Assembly: GCA_008080745.1 (NCBI GenBank)
Contig: SHMX01000001.1
Location: 450,001-482,000, forward strand
DNA length: 32,000 nt
Direction: 5' to 3'
Origin: Candidatus Thorarchaeota archaeon
GTDB lineage: Archaea; Asgardarchaeota; Thorarchaeia; Thorarchaeales; Thorarchaeaceae
In this document: positions 18,682-27,070 of the stretch, piece by piece
Layout: every line of letters begins with the position of its first letter
Position numbering within the stretch: the stretch's first letter is position 1
The notes under the pieces: model-generated
Seen by the model: only the letters and a program-made list of their open reading frames with translations
Told to the model about the DNA's origin: nothing
Database searches by the model: none
Made by a program: the position numbers and the translations under genes

Positions 18682-21324
18682 CTACACTAACGGTTGATAG
18701 CCCATGTAATTGTCCGTATCTACCGAGGTCTCAGCATGTTCTAATATCCTCTTTACACTATCTAAAGCTCCAAATCGGAACAACGGTCTATTGTTATTTC
18801 CACATTGATAGGAATAGGTACAGAGTGGACATCCATCCACAGTTTTACAGTCACATTGCTTTAGTATGATTTCAGTACGTTCCAGAGCATCGTCAAATCG
18901 TTTGAAAAGCAGCTTTGATGCTCCATTACCGCCCGGGCTACCATCATATACAAAGATAATTCCAGAGTCACCCATCGATACTCCACCTATTTCACGGGTG
19001 CCACCTCCTGTAAGCATGTCACTAGACTCAATCACAACATGCTCCAATGCATGAAAAGCTCCACCATAAAGCTCAGCAGGACCCATTACTGGTCCCTCCA
19101 GTTGGGTCATTTTTCCAGCAATGTAGTCATTGATTGGCTTGACAGGTTCTGGTGCTCGAAAAGCAAATCCACGGGTCTTGAAGCTATACTCTATCGGAGC
19201 TGGAATGTCCAACCGTTCTAACACAGTACCAGAACGAGTTTCTCGTTTCACATACCCATATACAGTCTGTGTCATTTCTAAGGTACAATAAAGCATCTTC
19301 AATCCAAGTAATTCTTGTTCCTCATTTACACTGAGAATCTTTGGAAAAGTCTGATAGAGAGGACGAGTGTGGAAAGAACGATCTTGAAAAGGAACCACCT
19401 TTGCTCGTCCAAGACCAGAAGTGTACTTGAAATCCACTGACATGAAATTCTGTCCACCATGAAGATATATTGCACCAGGATGTAACTCTTGGGCAGCCAT
19501 GGGCATTGAGCGCTCTCCTAATGTCTTACGGTCAAATTTGATTTGAACAGTATCACCAATTCCCCGTATGCTATAACTTCGCCATTTCTTCTGTGCTTCA
19601 TCATAATTTACCACTCGAATATTACCCTTAGAGTCTATCTTCAGTAGCCCTTCTTCAACCAGTTGGTCTAGAGTCTTTCTTTGCTGAGGAAAGGTATCAA
19701 TATGCAATTTTCCACTAAAAGCAGCTGCAATAAGCTGATAATAACTAACAACTTCATTATCTGGTTCCATATATGCCGCATCGATATCCGTGAAATACTT
19801 GTCAGGTTTGTGCTTGTAAAAGGAAGATATAGGATCTTTTTCTCGAAGAGCCAGTATAGCTACACTCTCCTGTCCTTTTCTTCCCGCTCTTCCAATTCTT
19901 TGTGTCAAGCGAGTTATAGAAACAATCATGCTGACTACGCTATCTAAATCACCAATATCTATCCCTAATTCAAGGGTAGGAGTTGACACTAGGATTTGTA
20001 ATTCTCCAGACTTAAATTGATTCTCAACTTTAGTGCGATACTTTTTGGGAAGTCCTGCTCGATGCACCATAGAACGAACACCGATGTCACGAAGTAACAT
20101 ATTCAATACTTCAGCTTCTGAATGGGTATTCCCGAAAACCAATGTCTTGAACCCCCCACTTCTCAGCATTTGAACTAAGTTAACTATCATGCGATACTTA
20201 CTTCGAACCTCGGGATAGTACATCATGAAATGAATGGGGCCTCTTCTTGCTGATGCGGACTCGATGAGATGTGTATCAACATCGAATAAAAGATCTGCAA
20301 ACTCCTTAGGGTTAGAAATGGTAGCTGAAGCACCTATTTTTTGAAAATCTCCACACTCAAGTTCTAGACGCTTGAGGATATAGAAGATATTCGACCCCAT
20401 CGAACCAGTATACAGATGAATTTCGTCCAATACAACGTATTTTACCGTTCTAAGAAGGGGAATAAGCTGGGATCTTGCATATCCAAGATGGTAATGAAGA
20501 ACATCAGGGTTAGTAAGAAGTAAATCAGGTGGGCAATCATATATCTTTCTTCGAGCATGTTGAGCCACATCACCGTCAAATATTGCCACGGTCAGGCTTG
20601 ATTGCTTACACATCTTCTTGATTTTCTCATATTGATCTCGTGCTAACGCCTTGGTAGGATAGACCAAAAGAGCTCGAACGCCTGGATTCATGAAGCTCTC
20701 TTGGATGGTTTCTGTTAACTTCTGAATGATTGGAAGGATGAAGCCCTCTGTTTTTCCCTGAGCCGTTGGGGCTGCAATGACCACGTTTTCACCTGATCTA
20801 ATGGCATCAAATGCCTTCTCTTGAAAGAGATAGAGATTATCGATTCCTTTGCCCTTCAGGTATTTCTTAAGCCGTCTGGAGATTAAAAGGTCGTCCAGTG
20901 GGCATCCATACTCGGCATCGGTAGCAGGCATGAATTCATACTTAACTAGATAATCTATGCCAGCGTCAAGTATGGAAGAGATTCCATCCGGAATAGTTGA
21001 TAAATCAGCACCCCCTGCCCTCACTGCTTTTTGTATCTCGGTCTTGGTTTGAACACGTCCTCGACTGTGTTGTTTCTTTGTTTTTCTTCGCGATGGTTCT
21101 GATTTGGAGGATGTTATTTTTCTTGTAGTTGTCGGTGTAATATCACCAGATTGAATGGCTTTTGTGTATGCATCATACGCATCAAACAAGTCGGTGTTTC
21201 TTCCACCAATAGAGAGTTCAGCACCACATCCCGTGCAAAGAACCGTCCATACTGGTCCTCCGCGTTTTATATCCAATTTTGAGCCGCATTTTGCACAATG
21301 TAGTACTGGCACATCAATCACCAA
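18682..21324 (-). CDS. SF2 DEAH helicase, Hrq1/MrfA (DUF1998) family, with an extra N-terminal zinc ribbon
   Basis: Q motif LYLFQ, APTAQGKT, DEIH, SATI, TPTLELGIDIG, QRIGRAGR, HALEH and C-terminal C.C..GCP.C...QCGNNN; N-terminal CAKC..CTGC. Confidence 0.9.
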   Translation of the reverse strand: MVIDVPVLHCAKCGSKLDIKRGGPVWTVLCTGCGAELSIGGRNTDLFDAYDAYTKAIQSGDITPTTTRKITSSKSEPSRRKTKKQHSRGRVQTKTEIQKAVRAGGADLSTIPDGISSILDAGIDYLVKYEFMPATDAEYGCPLDDLLISRRLKKYLKGKGIDNLYLFQEKAFDAIRSGENVVIAAPTAQGKTEGFILPIIQKLTETIQESFMNPGVRALLVYPTKALARDQYEKIKKMCKQSSLTVAIFDGDVAQHARRKIYDCPPDLLLTNPDVLHYHLGYARSQLIPLLRTVKYVVLDEIHLYTGSMGSNIFYILKRLELECGDFQKIGASATISNPKEFADLLFDVDTHLIESASARRGPIHFMMYYPEVRSKYRMIVNLVQMLRSGGFKTLVFGNTHSEAEVLNMLLRDIGVRSMVHRAGLPKKYRTKVENQFKSGELQILVSTPTLELGIDIGDLDSVVSMIVSITRLTQRIGRAGRKGQESVAILALREKDPISSFYKHKPDKYFTDIDAAYMEPDNEVVSYYQLIAAAFSGKLHIDTFPQQRKTLDQLVEEGLLKIDSKGNIRVVNYDEAQKKWRSYSIRGIGDTVQIKFDRKTLGERSMPMAAQELHPGAIYLHGGQNFMSVDFKYTSGLGRAKVVPFQDRSFHTRPLYQTFPKILSVNEEQELLGLKMLYCTLEMTQTVYGYVKRETRSGTVLERLDIPAPIEYSFKTRGFAFRAPEPVKPINDYIAGKMTQLEGPVMGPAELYGGAFHALEHVVIESSDMLTGGGTREIGGVSMGDSGIIFVYDGSPGGNGASKLLFKRFDDALERTEIILKQCDCKTVDGCPLCTYSYQCGNNNRPLFRFGALDSVKRILEHAETSVDTDNYMGYQPLV

Positions 21325-21524
21325 TTATCTAAGTTTCGCATGAAACAAATCTTATCAAAGTTTAGCACTGACAGTTCGTTATTGATTGTTGCATTAAATA
21401 ATCCTATGAAGAAGGAGAAAGTAGCAATACGGTTTTTTGAAGTAAAAATAAGAGATAGTCACCAGAATAACACTTAATCGAAAAGAGGTACAAGCATAAA
21501 CCACTGATTTGCGAGGGACCTTCA

Positions 21525-22583
21525 GTGGAAGAAAATAAATTAGCTAGTCAAGCCATCATTGAAAAAATTGACAAAATAGTTGATGCATCAATAGCCTGTC
21601 AGTGGAAAGATGATTTGGAGATATCCAAAAGATATTCAGAACCGCTCATCAAGAGATGCAAACAAGACATTGCATATCATTTGGAATTTCTTGCTACTGC
21701 AGTTCGCATTGAAAGCCCATCGATTTTTAGTTCGTATCTAATCTGGGTAAAAGTACTGTTTGCCAATCTCAAGGTCCCAGAAGCAGAATTTACCAAAAAT
21801 CTAGACTGCATCAAACGAGTCCTTCCCAAATATATTACAAAAAAGCTGGCAAAGATAGCTATAGAATATATAGAAATAGGATTGAAAGAATTTTTCTCTG
21901 CAAGTTCATCCATTCCAACACTAATGGGACCTGATGCCCCAATGGCGGCTATGGCAACACAGTATCTAAACTCGCTGTTGAAAGGAGACCGTCGTGCTGC
22001 TAGTGCAATGATTATGGATGCCGTCAAAGAGGGTACAGCTATCAAAGACATCTATCTCAATATCTTTGAGAGAACCCAACAGGAGATAGGGCGACTTTGG
22101 CAAATCAACCAGATTAATGTTGCACAGGAGCACTATTGTACTGCTGCAACTCAATTAATTATGGCACAATTATACCCATTCCTGTTTAATAGTGAAAAGA
22201 AAGGACATACTATGGTGGCAACTTGCATCTCTGGAGAGCTGCATGAGATTGGTGTTCGCATGGTAGCGGATATCTTCGAGATTGACGGGTGGAATACATT
22301 CTATCTTGGTGCAAGCACACCCATGCAAGATATCATTCAAACCATAATTGATCGAGATGCTTCATTACTGGCTATCTCTGCAACCCTTCCAACTAACATT
22401 CCAAAGGTACAAAATCTAATAGATGCAGTTCGTGCAAGAGAAGATTTGGGACATGTCAAGATACTTGTTGGAGGGCGTCCATTCACGATGGATACCAAAC
22501 TCTGGAGAAAAGTAGGTGCTGATGGAACTGCAATGAATGCAGAAGAGGCCGTGATAGTTGGAAACAAACTGGTAGGAGAATAA
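21525..22583 (+). CDS. Cobalamin-binding protein with an N-terminal phycobiliprotein-like globin domain (photocobilin/CarH-like sensor, no DNA-binding domain)
   Basis: Residues ~1-125 are helical with RYSEP..RCKQDIAYHL; four-helix cap with W192-x9-E202-H203; Rossmann domain GELHEIG (H240), YLG, LAISAT, ILVGGRPF, GADG. Confidence 0.85.
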   Translation: MEENKLASQAIIEKIDKIVDASIACQWKDDLEISKRYSEPLIKRCKQDIAYHLEFLATAVRIESPSIFSSYLIWVKVLFANLKVPEAEFTKNLDCIKRVLPKYITKKLAKIAIEYIEIGLKEFFSASSSIPTLMGPDAPMAAMATQYLNSLLKGDRRAASAMIMDAVKEGTAIKDIYLNIFERTQQEIGRLWQINQINVAQEHYCTAATQLIMAQLYPFLFNSEKKGHTMVATCISGELHEIGVRMVADIFEIDGWNTFYLGASTPMQDIIQTIIDRDASLLAISATLPTNIPKVQNLIDAVRAREDLGHVKILVGGRPFTMDTKLWRKVGADGTAMNAEEAVIVGNKLVGE

Positions 22584-22586
22584 TAT

Positions 22587-23783
22587 ATGAGTCGTATAGA
22601 AGATTCGAGAGGGTTTGTTGTCATCGCTAACGAAGATGGACAGATTACACACATTTTACGTGATGATATACATATTTTTGACGAATATGACTCACTGCCA
22701 ACTCTCTTAGAATTAATGGATTCTGAGAGTGTATCAAAAGCAGAGTCATTTCTCTCAGCCATTCGAACAGAGAAGGCAATATACGGATGGGAGATGAATC
22801 TTGTAATAGATGGAAAGGTAACTCTAGTTTATTTTGTGGGGGCTGCTCATCAGAATGAAATTCTTCTCATTGCTTCTACAGACCCATATGGAACCCATAG
22901 TTATTTTGATGAACTCATTAGAATCAACAATGACCAAGTAAATGCCTTTCGAACTGCTCTAAAAGATGTCTTTCTAATGTCTACATCGGAATCAGAGCAA
23001 GTTGAAGAGATGTACACTCGATTCATGCAGCTCAATAATGAGCTAGCTGCCATGCAACGAGACCTCGCAAGAAAGAACAGAGAATTGATAAAACTCAATG
23101 AACAAAAGAGTAGATTCATCGGAATGATGGCACATGATCTGCGAAGCCCTCTCACATCCATTGTACTATTGAGTGATTTTGTCCTCTTGGGTAGTAAAGA
23201 ACGATTAGCATTAGATGAAATTGAAGCTTTAGAGCAAATAACTAAAATGAGCAAATATATGGCGAATATAATCGGAGACCTACTTGATCTATCGGTCATC
23301 GAATCAGGTCACCTAACTCTGAAGAAAGAACGAAAGTCGATAGCGGAGTCAATACAGCGTTGTGTGAAACTAAACCAGTTAATCGCAGATAAGAAAGAGA
23401 TTACGATTATTTTTAGACAGGAAGGTGATATACCTGAGCTAATGATGGATGTTTCCAAGATAGATCAAGTAATAAATAATCTGATTAGTAACGCCATCAA
23501 ATATTCGCCCGAAAACACCACCATAATAATCACTCTTTGGAGTCAAAATGGGAAGGTAATTGTAGATGTTGCGGATGAAGGGCAAGGTATTCCCAAAGAC
23601 GAATTGGGCCAAATCTTTACACCATATGGTAAGACAACTGCTAAGACAACTGGCGGAGAGAAAAGTATAGGACTTGGACTGATTATTGTCAAAAAGATTG
23701 TTGAAGCCCATAAAGGGACAATCATGGTACGGAGTGAACCTCAAAATGGGGCCACATTTTCTTTTACAATCCCTATTGAATGA
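22587..23783 (+). CDS. Cytoplasmic sensor histidine kinase (PAS-like, coiled coil, HisKA, HATPase_c)
   Basis: H box MAHDLRSPL, N box NLISNAIKY, G1 DEGQGI, F box IFTPY, G2 GGEKSIGLGL; no transmembrane segment; starts 3 nt after the upstream stop. Confidence 0.95.
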   Translation: MSRIEDSRGFVVIANEDGQITHILRDDIHIFDEYDSLPTLLELMDSESVSKAESFLSAIRTEKAIYGWEMNLVIDGKVTLVYFVGAAHQNEILLIASTDPYGTHSYFDELIRINNDQVNAFRTALKDVFLMSTSESEQVEEMYTRFMQLNNELAAMQRDLARKNRELIKLNEQKSRFIGMMAHDLRSPLTSIVLLSDFVLLGSKERLALDEIEALEQITKMSKYMANIIGDLLDLSVIESGHLTLKKERKSIAESIQRCVKLNQLIADKKEITIIFRQEGDIPELMMDVSKIDQVINNLISNAIKYSPENTTIIITLWSQNGKVIVDVADEGQGIPKDELGQIFTPYGKTTAKTTGGEKSIGLGLIIVKKIVEAHKGTIMVRSEPQNGATFSFTIPIE

Positions 23784-23861
23784 CATTGGTATATCCAAAG
23801 GGTTTTAAGCATTTGTGCAAAAATCATGCACAGACGCCCCCTACCACGGGAGATGGATAAT

Positions 23862-24215
23862 ATGGTAGAAGAAATTAAAGCAGACGAACTTGAGAAAATT
23901 GTATCGGAAAACAAAGTAGTCTTTCTGGACTGTCACGCTACTTGGTGCGGGCCTTGTAAGACACTTAGCCCAATTCTTGAAGAGTTAGATGAAAAATTTG
24001 CCGAGAAAGGACTGAAGGTAGTTAAGTTGGATGTTGATCAAAACAGAGAATTCAGCATGACCCATCAGGTCACTGGTGTACCCAGTGTTTTCGTATACAG
24101 TGAAGGAAAGCAAGTAGTATTTGACGATGGCAAGGGTCAGAAGATGGATAGATTAGTGGGAGTAATGCCACCCGAAATCTACTCACAGATAGCAGAAGAA
24201 CTCTTGACAGCGTAA
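23862..24215 (+). CDS. trxA: Thioredoxin
   Basis: WCGPC active site and GVP cis-Pro loop; start placed at MVEEIKADE (track ORF begins at 23826). Confidence 0.93.
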   Translation: MVEEIKADELEKIVSENKVVFLDCHATWCGPCKTLSPILEELDEKFAEKGLKVVKLDVDQNREFSMTHQVTGVPSVFVYSEGKQVVFDDGKGQKMDRLVGVMPPEIYSQIAEELLTA

Positions 24216-24317
24216 ATAATTATGTTCAAAGCACCAAAGGGATACCGTCTCTTTGGTCATTCTCTCTTTTTCCGGAATTACTAGTAACATTCATAGGTCT
24301 TAGCGTATTCTGTTTTC

Positions 24318-24686
24318 ATGGTTACCATGGTAAAAGATGTAGGTCCTAAAGAAATCGAAGATATAATCAAAGACACGAGGCTTGTGTTTGTTGATTGTTG
24401 GGCTCCTTGGTGTGGTCCCTGCCGAGCACTTGCACCAGTTTTAGAGGAGTTGGAAACGGAATACGAAGATAATCCAGATGTAAAAATTCTAAAGTTAAAT
24501 ACAGAAGATCATCGTAGTTACGCAGTAGAGAAACGAATTACTGCAATTCCCTGTGTTCTTGTCTTTTTAGATGGAAAACCAGCAAGCTTTGTAGACCCAT
24601 CAAGTGGAAAAGAGGAGAAAACAGATAGATTGATTGGTCTTGCAGGACCAGAGCGATACAAAACGGTAATTGAGAACTTATTATGA
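24318..24686 (+). CDS. trxA: Thioredoxin (second tandem paralogue)
   Basis: WAPWCGPC and AIP loop. Confidence 0.93.
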   Translation: MVTMVKDVGPKEIEDIIKDTRLVFVDCWAPWCGPCRALAPVLEELETEYEDNPDVKILKLNTEDHRSYAVEKRITAIPCVLVFLDGKPASFVDPSSGKEEKTDRLIGLAGPERYKTVIENLL

Positions 24687-24690
24687 TAGG

Positions 24691-24710
24691 GGATTCCAAA
24701 AATGGAATCC
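24691..24710. terminator. Hairpin just after the second thioredoxin stop
   Basis: GGATTCCA-AAAA-TGGAATCC, a perfect 8-bp stem 4 nt after the stop; no adjacent U-tract. Confidence 0.35.
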
Positions 24711-24770
24711 ACCTGTAGACTTTATTAACCAGAGAGGACTCTATCATCTAAGACACAAGAGGTGCAATAC

Positions 24771-25295
24771 ATGCCCATTCTACCATACGGTGATAAAACT
24801 CCAAGTATTGATTCTGAAGCATATGTAAGTCCACAAGCAACTATTGTGGGAGATGTAGAGCTATCCAAAGGTGTTAGTATTTGGCCAGGTGCTGTTATCC
24901 GTGGCGATATGGCATCTGTAAGAATTGGCGAGTATAGTTGTGTTCAGGATAGTGTTGTCATCCATGCACATTCAGAAGATAACCCTGCAATTATTGGAAA
25001 CTATTCAATAGTCAGTACTGCATCTGTACTCCATGGAGTATATATTGGGGATTCCAGCGTCATAGGGGAGGGCTGCGTCATTTTTGATGGTGCGACCCTT
25101 GGTGAAGGTGTTATGATAGCACCAGGAAGCATTATTCCAGCTAATATAGTGATTCCACCTCGAAGTCTGAACTCTGGTGTTCCTGCATCTCAAATTAGGG
25201 AGATTTCAAAAGACGAAGTTGAAAAACAGAGAATGAAAGCTGAAACTATTTCTGATGTATTCAAGAAATTGAAGCAGTGGCAACGTACTATCTAA
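24771..25295 (+). CDS. Gamma-carbonic-anhydrase-like left-handed beta-helix protein
   Basis: P.I...AYV.P.ATIVGDV, IWPGAVIRGD, hexapeptide repeats, GVPA..IR; GAGGTG RBS before ATG 24771. One of the three zinc histidines is missing. Confidence 0.88.
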   Translation: MPILPYGDKTPSIDSEAYVSPQATIVGDVELSKGVSIWPGAVIRGDMASVRIGEYSCVQDSVVIHAHSEDNPAIIGNYSIVSTASVLHGVYIGDSSVIGEGCVIFDGATLGEGVMIAPGSIIPANIVIPPRSLNSGVPASQIREISKDEVEKQRMKAETISDVFKKLKQWQRTI

Positions 25296-25296
25296 A

Positions 25297-26430
25297 CTAA
25301 AAAGTTTCACGAGCAATATTGCTTAGATTACGACAACCTTCGTCAGTTACCTGAATCATCTCTGCTATTTTTAAACCACCGATATCAGAGTGGTATGTTG
25401 AGGGATGTATGGAGAAAATCATACCTTTTCTTAAAGCATGACCATTTTCTTTTGAGATTTGAGGTGGTTCTCGAAGGTCGAGTCCAATTGAACAGCCAAT
25501 AGAGGAAACAGCTGTTTTAGTATCTATCTCTTGATAGACAGCTTCTGCAAATTCGGAAATCTTCATACCAGTATTCATAATGTTTTCAGCATTCTCACAG
25601 ATAGTAACTAGGGTATTGAACAGTCTTCTTTGAGGTTCGGAGGGGGTTCCCAAATGTAATGTTCGAGCTAATTCAGCGAAATATCCTTTATGACTAACTG
25701 TGATATCAACAACAATGGGATCAGAGGCAGAAAGGCGCTTTCCGGAGGACTTCGCATATGGAAAAGCAATAGCTGAACCCGTGAGTACAGCTGCTCTGAT
25801 TCCCCGCAATTGACCTCCAGCATTTCTCATAGCTGCTTCAATTTCAACAGAAGCCTCATCTTCGGATTTGCCAGGAGCAATTATCTCGAAAGCAGTTCGC
25901 AAGCCAATTTCTGCAATCTTAACTGCCTCAATAATTGCATCAGTTTCTATAGAGTCCTTTACTTGACGGAGTCTCCAAAGAACTTTAGAGTAATCTGTAA
26001 AACCAGCCTTTGGGAGTATCCTTTTTACATAATCAAATTCATTAACTGATAGATAATCTTGCTGTAATCCAATCATGCCGGTACCGGCCTGAAGATCTTC
26101 AATAACAGACCTAATCATATCCCACAATTTTGGGCTGTGTGCGCCATGCCATTCCTGAAAATTCAACTCAGGTATGGTTTCTACGATAGCCATTATAGGC
26201 TCCGTTCCAAGACTTTCAATCTGATTCTCTGATAGGATAAGGCGAGGGGTTTCATCTTTTACAATCACACTTGCCACGGGTAGTCTTTGGTCTGGAATTT
26301 CATAACCAGTCAAATACTGAACATCAGGACCGTTGGTTATCACAATCGCATCTATTTTCTCATGCTGCATCGTCTGATGTACTTTCTCAAGTCGTTGTGG
26401 TGTGAATTGCATGATAGAACTTATCTCCAC
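25297..26430 (-). CDS. M24 (Xaa-Pro peptidase/creatinase) family protein with non-canonical metal ligands
   Basis: Creatinase-N domain (DAIVIT..PDVQYLTGY), LRQVKDSIE linker, pita-bread motifs GYFAELARTL, IGLDLREPP, GGLKIAEMIQVT. An alternative start is ATG 26412. Confidence 0.85.
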   Translation of the reverse strand: MEISSIMQFTPQRLEKVHQTMQHEKIDAIVITNGPDVQYLTGYEIPDQRLPVASVIVKDETPRLILSENQIESLGTEPIMAIVETIPELNFQEWHGAHSPKLWDMIRSVIEDLQAGTGMIGLQQDYLSVNEFDYVKRILPKAGFTDYSKVLWRLRQVKDSIETDAIIEAVKIAEIGLRTAFEIIAPGKSEDEASVEIEAAMRNAGGQLRGIRAAVLTGSAIAFPYAKSSGKRLSASDPIVVDITVSHKGYFAELARTLHLGTPSEPQRRLFNTLVTICENAENIMNTGMKISEFAEAVYQEIDTKTAVSSIGCSIGLDLREPPQISKENGHALRKGMIFSIHPSTYHSDIGGLKIAEMIQVTDEGCRNLSNIARETF

Positions 26431-26532
26431 AGTAGTACACGATTAAGGTGCAAACTTCTCGTATTGCCGATTTTAGTCCCCATTTAAGCTTCACGCCGAC
26501 GTCATAAAATAGAAATGATAAAGAAAGGAAAG

Positions 26533-26610
26533 TGGCGGGACCGTCCGGATTCGAACCGGAGATACCCAACTCCGCAGGCTGGTGCCTTATCCAGGCTAGA
26601 CTACGGCCCC
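26533..26610 (-). tRNA. tRNA-Arg(GCG), CCA encoded, no intron
   Basis: Acceptor stem GGGGCCG/CGGTCCC, D-loop AGCCTGGATA (G15, A20), anticodon arm CCAGC-CTGCGGA-GTTGG, T-arm TCCGG-TTCGAAT-CCGGA, ends GCCA. Confidence 0.97.
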
Positions 26611-26632
26611 ATTCCCTGCGAGTTCAAATCAA

Positions 26633-26640
26633 CTTATAGA
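26633..26640 (-). promoter_or_regulatory. TATA box of tRNA-Arg(GCG)
   Basis: TCTATAAG at -30..-23 from the tRNA 5' end, the same spacing as at the second tRNA. Confidence 0.6.
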
Positions 26641-26668
26641 CTCTTCGCTGTGGAAAGAATTGGAATTC

Positions 26669-26866
26669 TTATCGTGCTTGAATAAGATTCACTTCAGCAC
26701 GATTGTTTCTTTTTGTAATCCGTAAGACATGCTCAGATGTTTGTAGGATGAAACTTTCACCCTCTTCCAGATTCTCAAGAACAGGACGTCCCAGAGGGCC
26801 ATTGAGATATTTCTCGAATCGACAAACAACGGGAGGAGAGGGGGAAATCTCTTCTATTACGCTCAT
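26669..26866 (-). CDS. Small hypothetical protein (65 aa) between the tRNAs
   Basis: ATG start preceded by GAGGT; protein-like composition; fills the spacer on the same strand as the tRNAs. Confidence 0.5.
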   Translation of the reverse strand: MSVIEEISPSPPVVCRFEKYLNGPLGRPVLENLEEGESFILQTSEHVLRITKRNNRAEVNLIQAR

Positions 26867-26973
26867 TTCATTGACCTCAAATCACATAGAATAATCTCTA
26901 TGATTCATAATGTATTCATTTCAGGATTATTTAAGGTCCACACTGAAAATAAGGAATTGAGAGTTGCAGAATG

Positions 26974-27048
26974 CGGGACCGCCCGGATTCGAACCGGGGA
27001 TGACCAACTCCGGAGGCTGGTGCCTTATCCATGCTAGACTACGGCCCC
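26974..27048 (-). tRNA. tRNA-Arg(CCG), CCA not encoded, no intron
   Basis: Same cloverleaf as the GCG gene; anticodon arm CCAGC-CTCCGGA-GTTGG, T-arm CCCGG-TTCGAAT-CCGGG. Confidence 0.97.
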
Positions 27049-27070
27049 ATTCCAGTGGAGCTAAAAATAT

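Noticed and set aside
21325-21524. Cobalamin riboswitch upstream of the B12-binding gene
   Set aside because: AT-rich; I could not find a B12 box or extended stems, only a 5-bp GTTTC/GAAAC inverted repeat. An Infernal search would settle it.
21525-22583. Methyltransferase corrinoid protein (MtaC/MttC type)
   Set aside because: Has ExHxxG rather than DxHxxG, carries W-x9-EH and an extra globin-like domain, and neighbours a kinase rather than methyltransferases.
26533-27048. tRNA direct repeat as attL/attR of an integrated element
   Set aside because: Both copies are complete tRNAs with their own TATA boxes and different anticodons. The spacer is only ~360 bp, with no integrase.
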